64,000 nt of DNA, from assembly GCA_977862235.1 (NCBI GenBank), contig OZ374563.1, positions 496,001-560,000 of the forward strand, in the 5' to 3' direction. Under the pieces are notes generated by a model. The model was not told the DNA's origin. It saw only the letters and a program-made list of their open reading frames with translations, and ran no database searches. Positions 34,571-45,917 of the stretch are shown here, piece by piece (the first letter of the stretch is position 1; the number at the start of each line of letters is the position of its first letter). This DNA comes from Dudresnaya verticillata (taxonomy: Eukaryota). The translations under genes and the position numbers were made by a program.

Positions 34571-37500
34571 TCCGGGCACCGACGCCTGACACTGGGGTGT
34601 CACACCCAAACGAGAGGCCCCCGCCTCGGGTTTTGACACGGAATGAGGGCCCGAAGCCACTTAAGGAAGACACCGAGGGGCGAATACAACCGTCGCAGAC
34701 GCCACTGAAACGCCCATGGCGTAGGTAACAGCCCCCGAAGGGGCGAGGACAGTTGTTCGTAATGGCCAAGCGAAATTATAAGGTGTACGCCGACCTGGGC
34801 ACCACCACTAATACCTTGGCCCGTAAACGTACTGTCCTCGACACCGGGGCTGGTCCTAACTTCATCCGTATTAACGAGATCTCGCTAGAAGCGCGTTCGC
34901 ATATTGTCGCCAAGAGTCTGCCCGTTATTTCCGACGCCAACAATAAGGCAATAAAGACGCGCGGAACCATCGACTTGGTCGTACGGCTCGGACGACGGGT
35001 CGTTAAATTGGGATTAATCGTTTGTGAACGGCTCGCTGCGCCGGTCATACTCGGTTGCGACTTTTGCGACCGCTTTGTCGAAGCGATATATCCACGAAGT
35101 CGCGAGGTTAAATTGGACGACGGGACCCGAGTCCCGATCACACACCGTCCGCTTCGTCGACCGCCGTTGTACCCGCCGTTACCACCGGAGCAAGAGTACT
35201 GCCAAGCCGGAGGGAGGACTTCGCCCAAGATTCGTTCAACCGAACGTACCATCATCCCGCCTCAGGCGCAGAAGTGGGTCTCTGTTACCACGGAGCGTTC
35301 CGGATTGATCACGATCCAGCTGTTCGGAACGATGTATGATCGGCAAGGCATGCTCGTTACGAACGGGATTGCCCAGGTGGAGCCGCTGAAAGCGTTCCGC
35401 ATCCTAGTCGCCAACTTCTCGCCTCGGGCGCAATCGCTCGCGAAAGGGCAGGTCGTTGCCATGGCGTTACCACATCCAACAGCAGTGTTCCCCAGTCACA
35501 TACGTCTGACCGATGTATTGGGTATCGCCGAAGACCAAGTCGCCGAATACCAAGCTCAGGATGAGGAAGCCAAGCAAGACTTTCATTTTAAAACGAACGA
35601 TGGCGTCGCGGCAAAGCCGGAAACTTTCGCCAAGTATATCGCAGCGACGCTCGCCAAGCCTCCATCAGTTGAAGATTTGGACTTGATTCATCTGTCCGCT
35701 GAGCATCAAGGACGGTTGAAGGAGATGCTGTGCCGCTATTCGTCAATGTGGGACGGCTCACTAGGATAAATAGCGACCACGGAGCATTACATCGACTTAC
35801 TCCCCGGCTCCCGCCCGATCTGTTCACCGCCGTATCGCGCTGGCCCGAAACAACGACAGCTCGCTCAAGCGGAGGACGCTCGCATGTTGCGTCAAGGGGT
35901 TATCGAACCCGCACAATCGCCCTGGGCGTCGCCAGTCGTCTTCGCCCCGAAGAAGGACGGTTCTCTTCGCTTTTGCGTTGATTATCGACGACTGAACGCA
36001 GTAACCGTGCGGGATACGTACCCTTTACCACGGATTGACGAATGCATCGACAGCCTAGGGGATGCCAACGTCTTCACCACCTTAGACTGTAATAGCGGAT
36101 ACTGGCAAGTGCCAATTGCTCCGCGGGATCGCAACAAGACAGCCTTCACGTGCCACGCCGGTCTCTTCCGCTATAAGCGTATGCCTTTCGGATTGACCAA
36201 CGCCCCGGCCACGTTCCAACGAACTCTCAAAATATTACTCGCCGGGTATAAGCGGCGTTCGTGCCTCGTCTATTTGGACGACGTTATTATCTTTTCCAAG
36301 GACGTTGACACGCACTTCCGTCACGTGGACGAGATCCTTTCAACTCTCCACCGGGCCAGGGTGACTTTGAAGTTGGCCAAGTGTGACTTCTTCACCCCGA
36401 CCGTCAATTACCTGGGGCACGTGATAAGTCCAGGACGACTGGAAGTCGACCGAACGGTTACCGCCGCCTTACGCGAAGCCAAGCACCCGCGGGACCAGAA
36501 GGAGCTACGCAGCTTCCTCGGGCTGTGTAACGTCTGTAGACGATTCGTGTCGCGTTACGCGCATGTCGCGGCGCCCCTCAATAAGTTGCTCCGAAAGGAG
36601 CAAGAGTTCACACTACCGTCATTTGACGAAGTGCAAGCGGCCGCGTTCGAAACTCTCGTTGAGGCCGTAACCAGTCCGCCGGTGTTGGCGCTGCCACAGC
36701 CAGGCCTGCACTACTCCGTCGATTGTGGCGCTAGCGACTACCAAGTAGGATGCGCTCTCTTTCAGACGCAATCCAACGGGGAACGGAAGCCACTCGGGTT
36801 CTGGTCGCGTCCGCTTACCGCTCCGGAGCGCAACTATTCCGTCTCTGAGAAGGAATATCTCGCGGTAGTGTGGTCCGTTACAACGTTGCGCCTTTACCTC
36901 CAGATGGAGTCGTTCACCGTACACACGGACCACTCGTCGCTGAGGTGGCTGATGGAAATCAGCGACCCCTCCGGACGTTTGATGAGATGGAGACTTCGCC
37001 TCTCGGAATTCGACTTCGTCGTTAAGTACAAGAAGGGTTACTTGAATACCCAGGCCGATGCCCTTTCTTGTCTACAGAAGAATGGGGAGACGGCTGAACC
37101 GATCGACGACGATGTGCCGTGCTACCATGGGGGACACGTCGAGGACGAACATCAGACGTCGACCGACGGTGCGACTGGCGCCGACGGCGAAGTCGACGTT
37201 TTAGAAAGAGACTTCGAAGAGTTCGACCGGCTACTCGTCCCAAACAGGCCTTCAACGGACGAGGTGCTCTTACGTCAGGTAACGCACGAAGAGCTGATTC
37301 ACTCTCAGGCCAACGACGAGTACTGTACTGAAATTCGGAAGCGTCTCGATAACGGAGAGTCGATACCGTTCGCGATGGACGAGCAAGGACGACTCATACG
37401 AACCGTGGAGGCCCGGCCACAAACCGTTGTGCCATTCGCGTTACGCGCACGCCTCCTGCACCTCAGGCATTACGCTAAGTTAGGGGCACACCCCGGAGGG

Positions 37501-39284
37501 AGGAAGTTGTATCAGACGCTCCGACGCGAATTCTATTGGCCGTCCATGACGGTAGATTGTTACGCAACTGTTCGCAACTGCGTTACTTGCGCAAAGAACC
37601 GCGTCCTGCTACGAAAGAACGTGAAGGAGATGAAGCTGTTCCCAGCTACCGAGCCGCTGGAGTTCGTTTGTATCGATATACTTGGAAAACGCATACGTAC
37701 GAAACGGGGAAACAAGTTCCTCCTTTTAATCGTCGACCGCTTTTCGAAGCTGGTCAGGACGGTACCTTTGCGTACAGTTACGGCTTTAGAAATCGCAAAA
37801 GCGTTCGTTCGACATTGGGTAATCGTGTATGGCCCGCCCACGCGCTTACTGTCAGATAATGGGCCGCAGTTTGTCGCCAAACTATTCCAGGACGTCTGTC
37901 GTCTACTGGGTGTCGAGAATCTCTTCACCACGACGTATCACCCGCAGTGTAACGGACAGGTAGAACGGTTTAACCGGACGATACTCGCATCATTGCGTCA
38001 TTACGTGGCGGACCATCCTCTCGATTGGGATATGCTCACAGACGCTTTGACTTTTGGTTACAACACGCAGATTCACTCGTCTGCACAGTTATCGCCTGTC
38101 GAGTTGGTACTCTCCCGGCCACCACTCCCGCTGTCGCTCCAAGCGGAGCCGTCGCTGTAAAGCGTCCCCACCGGTGGCCAATACTACACGAAGTGGAGGG
38201 CATGGCTGACCGCATTGATGAGCACCGCGACAGCGACCTTGGCGCAAACGCAAGCCCGCTATAAGCGAAACTTCGACGCCCGACTACGGAAGTGTGCCGA
38301 GAAAATTGTCGCAGGTGACTTCGTATTTGTACGCAAGGAGTATTTCGCCAGAGGCGGCTCGAGGGATCAAGCGGAGCGCAAGCACAAATTGGCACCAGTG
38401 GCGGATGGGCCCTACCGAGTGATCAGCGTCGAAGACGGTACGATTACCGTCGACAAAGGACGTAACGAACGCGAACGCTTGTCAAGGGACCGCGTGGTTT
38501 GGGCGCCGACCCCTCCGGTTCATGTCGCAATCAACACCCCCACGACTGCGGGCCCGCGTCTAATGGGGCGCCACCAAACCAAGGAGCCGTCAACGACGGG
38601 ACGAACGTCGCTGCAGCGACACCACCGGATGGGAGTGATCAACAGATGCGTGGCGACTGTTCGCCACAGGCGTCCGTTCGCGGCTTGGCCGAGTTGGCTC
38701 CGTTCGCGGCTGGGCCCGGTAGTGAGTCATCGCAGTCCGTCTCAGACGACGACCAACCGCAAGGCGTCCGCACCCGACTCGGCGTCGCCAGGCATACGCC
38801 GGCTGCGCCGCCGGCTGAACAGACTAAGGACGCCACCGACGTAACCCAAGTTACGCTAAGGAGCGAAGGTCAAACCCCGACTGCACCGGCGACGCAAACG
38901 CCAGACGCAAGAGCACCTCCCGCCGAAAGCGTTCGCTCAGCTGTACGAGACGCTACTCGACCACGACGATCCTCCCGTCGAGTACGCTTCGCGGAACCGG
39001 AGAACGCCCGCGGCGAAGGACAGAGGCAGTCGACGGACCCGCCCAAGACGAAGCGCAAGCAGCCAGTCGCTAGTAGCGAAGGAGAGTACATCATCGACCG
39101 GATCGAGAAGCACGCGTTCGCGAATGACGGGGAGATCCTCTACTTCGTGAAATGGTTCGGATACTCTACCACAGCGAACATGTGGGAACCGGTGTCGAAC
39201 CTACCCCGTTCGCATATCGTGCAGTACCACCGCCAAAAGCGAACGGACCCTCCAGCGAATATCGACGATGCTCGTTTAGGGTAA
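34561..39284 (+). pseudogene. pol: Gypsy B pol: protease, RT, RNase H, integrase, chromodomain
   Basis: LDTGAG, YLDD, integrase SDNGPQF/NGQVER, GPY, EYIIDRI..YFVKWFGY..NMWEP. Stops at 34726 and 38158 plus frameshifts. Confidence 0.95.
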
Positions 39285-40306
39285 GAAGCCTCGACCGACC
39301 ACGAACGGACTTACGTCCTGGAACGCCAAAAGGCGGAAGCACGCTCAGGGCGGATCCTCATACGCACACCCCCAACGGGACTGTCAGCCGAGACGAGCCG
39401 AATCGCTGGTGGCACAAGGGCCCCCAGGCGTCGGCTTCGGGCGACAGCGCACAGGGGAAAATACCAAAAACAACAAAAACAATTATTCGCCATAGGCGTC
39501 TGGCGAACGGCCGAGTGTCGCTACGGAAGGAAGTATCACTACCACTACTCGCGAGGAAGGGGCGTCGCCCGCCTCGGACGACTACCCTGCCCACGCGACC
39601 CACGTCGACCGCCATTGTCGGAGTCCCTACGATTACGCGCCGCTACCGACAAAGGGACGCCACACCACACGCCCCGCGGACGGCGCCGAGAAGAGGAATG
39701 GAAACGTAATCGCTACGCAAAAAGGGGCTAACGCAGTGACACGAGACCCTAATGCGAGAACGTCGCAGACGGGAATGACCGTAGTTACGATGTCCGTGCA
39801 CGACGCGTCGCGTCCAAGGCGAGGATAGCAGCGCACCCTACCAGCCAAGTCGACGACGCGCGCACGCCACTTCAAACTACCACTCTAAGGACGAGTATAT
39901 GAAACGTCAACGACGAACCGACTTCGCAAAGTCAACTTCGAGGGGCATACGCCGAGCACGGACAACGAGACCGATAAGGCGCGACGTGCTGCCCCTAACG
40001 TCATAGACGGATTGAAGAAATGCCTCACTCCCCAACAACGTCAATGACGGCTCCCTAAGAAATGGCCTGCCGAGTCGTTAAGTCGTTCGCATCAGCCGCC
40101 ACGCCGAGGGCGGCTTACGGTAACATCGCACACAGCCACCTTCTCGGCCGCGAGCACGTTTCGAACGGTCGAGCAGGCATGGACCGCGTACGCAAGTGCA
40201 TCCGGGAAGACGCAACTACAGGGGAGCAGCAAGGCGAGACGCGAAAGTAACGGATGTTTAATACGCAGATGCGTTCTTCGTCCACTAAGCCGTCGAAGAC
40301 TAGGAG

Positions 40307-42530
40307 TCAGTCGCTGCCCTTAGCCACTTTCGGCGAGCCTAAGTCGCCGGCATCATCGCCCTCGGCGGACTCGCGAAGGGCCGCTTCGTAGCCATCATCA
40401 TCCGTCGGAGACGTAGGAGCTGGACTAGGCGGCGTGGCTGCGAACCGCGGGGCGCCGGCCACTGTCACCGACTTTATCACGGCGTCCACTTGCGCCTTAG
40501 GCGAACCATCGGGCTGGCTAGTCGCCTCGGGCGTAGGAACGACTGTCGCGGCCGCCGGCTTCGGCGACTGCGAAGTCTTTTCCGCCACCGGCGTCGAGCG
40601 CAATGCAATCGCCTTAGGCGTCAACAGGGCATCTTTGCCCTTCGCCCCAGGCGTCTGCGAAATGTTAACCGCCTTCGGCGCGGGCTGCACGACAATCGAC
40701 TTAGGCGCTACGGGCACTACCGCCGTCGATGATGTTGGAACAACTTTGCTCGCCGTAGGCGCTTCGCCATTAGAAGGCATCGTCGTGGACGAAGACCCCA
40801 CTGCGGTCACGCCACTCGGCGCCGCAATCGGCAGAGCCGCTGGCTCCCGCACAGGCGTTACCGCCGGAGTTGGAACCGTCGCCAAGACGCGAGCCCACAA
40901 ATCCGAGAGCGAGCCGCTCGGGTCGCTAGGCTCGACGCCTGCGGCCCGCAGGAGCGAAAGGAACACATCGAGTTGCGGGGAGTTCTAAGTCGGCGCGGCT
41001 GAAGATGCTGCAACACCGTCTTGGACGCTTGGGACCGGGGATGGCGCTGGGGCGATGGCCGCCGACGCTTGCGCCGGGGCAGCCATGACAGCGTCGCCAT
41101 CCTCGTCAGCGACGGATACAGTTAACCCAGCAGGAGCAACCGCCACTGGCGTATGAGACGGCTCGGCCGAAGTTACCACGCCCGACGCCGAAGGCAGTTC
41201 CACAGCCGGAGCTGCAGGCTCAACCGCCATAGGCGTCGCGAAGCCCGTCCCAGATGTGTGTACCCCTACGCTCGTAGCATGAAATGCATCCTCCTCGGCC
41301 GTCAACATGGCCAAGTGAGGGGGGAAATCTCCGACGAAGTCGCACGATGGCAATAGCCCACGAGGATGATCCGACGGCACAAACCGGTTCGTACATCGAT
41401 GATGTTCCGCAATGCTTTCCGTCGTTCGACGTTTGGTCCAGGGATTGTACGAAGTCCAGTCGCCACAGGTGTGATGGTTGCGACTTATCGCGAAACGCGG
41501 ATGCCTCGCCTTCCGGCGGCTGTTTTCCAGAGGGACGACTGCTGCGTTATCCCTGTCGATCTCACTCGCCACTTGTCGTAAGTCCCAGAATTCCCGGAGG
41601 TTCCGCTAACCGCCGAGTGTCTCGGTGAGATCTCAGTCGTTGAAGAACGCTACAATGCGCGGTGGGAGGTAGTAAATCCGAAAGGTATCGTACACCTCCC
41701 ACAGCCACGCATAAGCGACGTTGGCTACCCACTCCGTCTGGAAGACGATCAAACACCGCGAATACGCGTTCAAAACGAGTTCAGAGCCCAGATACGTGAC
41801 ACACGGAGGCAACTCTGCAGCGAAACTGTCGCACACTTCCATCTCACGCCACTGTGGCGGTAACTTGACGAAACAGTTCGAAACCGTTGTACGCTCTAAG
41901 CGGTCGATTTGCGTATCCTGGTACGGAACTAACACGCCCTTGCGGCGCCGGGACTCACACTCCCAGCGAATGCACCTCTCCCAGTAGAAGGTGCCCGCCC
42001 GGTGGGAATAGCGAAATTCCGCTCGTAAGCACACACCCATCACCAAAACATCTCCCCGGACGCGAGCGTCCAGCGACGGCGTAATATGCGTCAACGGCAA
42101 TTCTGCCAGGCGGTATCCATAACCGGCCTCGCCGTGTGTTCGGAAAACGCCGCGTCAAGTCCCAACGACAACGGGACCAAGTCGGTCCCGGGAACCGAGC
42201 AAAACGGCCACATACGTCAACGACGAAGCGGGCATGCGCATCTTCCCGCGGCTGGCCCGGGTGCGCATACACCCACTCTTTCGGAATCGCGCAACGCGTT
42301 CGCCACTCCGTCGAATACACGAAAGCCAGGGGGAGCTCCCCCGGCAACATGTCGCCGATGGCGTAATGCGCAATTAGCGCTTCGTTCCGTAACGCGGCTG
42401 GGTCGAACCACGGCGCCCTCGCAAAGAGGCGTGCGTGGTTACGCGGGCTCCTTCCGACAAAGTCGTGCAGCGACGGGTACACCGGCATTGATGAAGGGGG
42501 CGCAATCTGCGCCCCATCGTACTGAGGCAT
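40307..42530 (-). pseudogene. Antisense accessory ORF of Gypsy B (unknown function, disrupted)
   Basis: ORFs 41955..42533, 41633..42100, 40985..41572 and 40307..40966 in series. Core motifs are shared with 15830-18087. Confidence 0.78.
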
Positions 42531-42897
42531 CACATCAACGACGGGAATTTAAGCGCACGTCACTGACGATAAGGGACTCAACGCCCAGTGCAATAACGTC
42601 GTCGACGAGGGGATAACACGCCCGCCTTGGACAAAACTCGTCGAACGTCAACGACGGAAGGTGACGACCCCGGTACAACACGTCCACGCACGCCGCGGGC
42701 GCAGAATGGACTTCGGCCGCTAGGACGCTGAAAGCGAAACGACCGCTTCGGGCGCGGATGACTGATCACCAAACGGCAATGTCGAGAGAACGCAAACGCC
42801 GCAAGCGAGGTCGCAGCAGATGCCGAGATTGGGCAGCTGTTGAAGGTTGAGGCAACGACTGGGTCGATGGATATGTTCACGTCTAAGCGGGGGGTCG

Positions 42898-43733
42898 TGT
42901 GGCGCACAGCGGGGGTCGAGCTTTTATCTCCTCGCCGCGGGCGTCAAGGGCCTCGGCGACCGACGGATGGTCGCCTGAAACGGCTCATTCGCCGATGGCG
43001 CGAACACGTCATCGACGATTGGCCTACGGAGGCGGGCACCACAACCACGCGCCGCGCACGCCGATGCACAATACGGCGCAACGCTGTAGAGCGTATCTGG
43101 ATGATGCATCGGGATCAACGAGGTGTAAGCGGATTGACTGTCCATTTGGCCCTGATCCCGATTGAATCCGGATCCGACAGCCGGATCCGACATCGGGATC
43201 CACTGTAAGGGAAAAGCGCCTGTAATACGGTGCCAATCGCGATCCGAATCTGGATTGCCTACAGTACCGCACGGGCGCGTCTCTGTAAGACGCATGCGCC
43301 GGCGTACAGCGGCTGCATTGTCCTGGGACCTTTCAGACGCACCTCCATGCGACACGCGTCCCGGGTTCCCGCGCATTACGTCATGCAGCCGCCGCGCCGC
43401 GGCCCCATAGCATTACTTAGATACCTCGTCTAGGACGTAGCAGTATAGCCCCGGCAAGCCGGTTTGAGTCTAGACTTCCCTTCCGCGACAGCGCGCGCAC
43501 CCTACCGCTGCCCGGAAGCATAACCGTCTACCTATCCGTGTTTCCACGTTCATAACCGTTGCTAACGTGTTTTCCTTTGGGTTTCTTAGCCCCTTTTCTC
43601 TCTCGCCTTGAGTGTTTATAGTCCGCCCTAGGCGTGTTCAACCTGCTCTACAAAGTTCGCTATTAGCGGCTACCCACCGGGCTCCCGAACGGCCCGGAGG
43701 TGTTTTCCGTCTCTAGACGACGTTTGCACGACA
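42898..43733 (+). repeat. 3' LTR of Gypsy B
   Basis: Direct repeat of 31053-31886, visibly more diverged than the Gypsy A pair. Confidence 0.95.
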
Positions 43734-45780
43734 GGGATCACCGAAGGAGGGCGATATTCCGAGATCGGAGCGAAGGTGGGCAGCCATGGTGCGATTCCAA
43801 TAGTCGCCGGCATCAGGGTGACCGTACAGGGGCTTGAGGAGTTCGAGGACTTCGTCGGAAGAGAGTTTTGAGTTCTTTCGGGGGTTTGAGGTATACCTTG
43901 TCGCAAAAGAGCCTCGTAAGACTGTAGGTAAGCCTGACTGACGTCGTGGCTCCAGACGCGGAAGTTATGGAGAGAAGCCATTGAGGAAAGAATGCGTGTA
44001 GAGCTTTGGCGAAGGTTCGTAGAGTTGCGGACGAGGATGTTTTTGTCCTTATCCTTGTGTCCTTGGACGACGAAGCGGGCTTTGAAGACGGGTTCATTGG
44101 TTTCATTGTTCTTGATAACGAGGACGAAGCGACCAGAGAGGATGTTGGCGTCGTCGGGAAGTTCGCGGCGGAGGAGTGGTTTCCAAGTACCACGATCGAT
44201 GAGGCCTTTGATTTCCTTGCGTTTGGCCTGGACGAATTGGGGCCAGTTGCGGCGGGTATCCGAAGGGTATAAAGTCTCTGTAAGAATTATGTCAGGGGAA
44301 GGGTGATTAGCCGGGGAAGAGAGAGGCTAAAGAATTGAGTTCAGCACGGTGGGTAATGGGTCAGAGAGGTGGCTAAGGTCTCGAGTGTATGGACGGAGCT
44401 GGGCAAGGGAGTGTTGGGCCTCAGTGCCGTTGCGATCAATAAAGGCTTGTTTGCCGTTGATGCGGGTAATGCGATAAGGGCCAAGACATTTGACTTTTTC
44501 CTTTTCGCGATAAAATTGCACCTCCTGGCCGACGGAAAAATCAAACTTAGTAGCAGCGGTGAGGTTCGATTGGAGGGCTTGTCGAATACGGAGTTGGCAT
44601 GTGATAGTTTCCATTTCGCGGCGCGCAGACGCAAGTGCCTACATGTGGTCTGCTTGAGAAGGAAGCGAAGTGTGGACTGATGGAAAGCGAGGGAGGACTC
44701 CGAACACGAGGAGTGAGGGGATAAGGCCGTCGAAGTCCACAGTATCATTCATGGCCTTAACGGAGAGAGCCAGGATAAGCTCTGGATCAAGGGACGGGAA
44801 GTCGAATAAAACCTTTGCATAAATGCGGCGAAGGGGGCCATGGTAACGTTCGTCAACGCCAAGTGAGTTGCGGCTCTCGACGCCAGATAGTTCAAGGCGG
44901 ATACCGTTCAGAGAGGCCTGTTCGGAAAAGAGATGACTGGTAAATACGGAGCCTTGGTCGGCGCGGATGGTATCAGCGAATCCGGTGTAGATCGAAGCCC
45001 AACAGGAAAGGAAGGCATTCCAGACGTCTTCTGCAGACTCGCTGCGGAGATAGTGGGCGGCGGAGAAGTGCGTGTGGACATCAACAACGTGTAGGATGGG
45101 GCGTTTTCGTACTTTCATAAGGTCGAGGGGGAGGGTAGAATTGATGATGATTCTGTCCGGGTGGGAGACTTTGAAAGATTGGGGCTTGGGGACGAAATTC
45201 TGGCAGGTGCGGCAAGAGTCAGTCATGTCCTGAAGACTTTTTCTGGTAGCTGGGGTCGCTTGGTCAGGGGTAGCCCGGGAAATGACGTTAAACAATTTCT
45301 GAACGGAGGGGTGAAAGAAGTGGTAGTGAAGGCGCTTGAGTTCATTTCGAGAGAAGAGAACGGAAGAAAAATTCCATTTGAGATATAGGTGGCCGTCTTG
45401 GCGCGTGATGGGCATGGACCAGTCGTGTTGTTTGCTGATGAGGGTATTGGTGACATTGTCAGCGACGAGTTGTTCGCTGTCTAGGACGTCAAGACCAATA
45501 AACATGGGGACGTCAGCGGCCACGACGTCCATCTCCAGGTGTATGAAGCTACCATCGGGACACGGGATGCGGACGGGGAGTAGACAGAGACTCGGGAAGC
45601 AGCCGTCACCAAAACGGAAGTAAGTACGTAAGGGGCGAAAGCGGAATTTATATCCGGTGGCCCGGCAATAGGCACGTGCTTGGTTGCGCCCGATTAAGAA
45701 CGAGATGCGCCAATGTCGAGACAGGCTCCATGGAATTGTTGGATTTTGGGAATGGAGATGTCCTTGACACGAGTGTGAAG
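43734..45780 (-). pseudogene. pol: Copia pol: protease, integrase, N-terminal half of RT
   Basis: CLDIGAS; LHYHFFHP..CRTC; IRADQGSVF; ERYH; KARFVVQG; DVSQAYLQ; KPLYG. Confidence 0.92.
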
Positions 45781-45917
45781 GATATCAATAAAGTTTCCCC
45801 AACGATAACGGGAGAGGTTTATGGATTTGGGGCAAGTGGAAGATGAGGGAGGGGGAAGAGGGGGAGGGCGCAGCGGAGAACGAGGAGCCAGGCTGCGGCT
45901 GGGTATGGGACTCCGTT

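Larger units (their letters stand above)
31053..43733 (+). mobile_element. Gypsy/Ty3 chromovirus B, decayed, no TSD
   Basis: LTRs 31053-31886 and 42898-43733; PBS 31889-31906; PPT 42885-42897; gag-pol-chromodomain on +. Confidence 0.96.

Noticed and set aside
39285..40306. env-like gene after pol in Gypsy B (and 18090-18975 in A)
   Set aside because: No sustained ORF, signal peptide or transmembrane segment.
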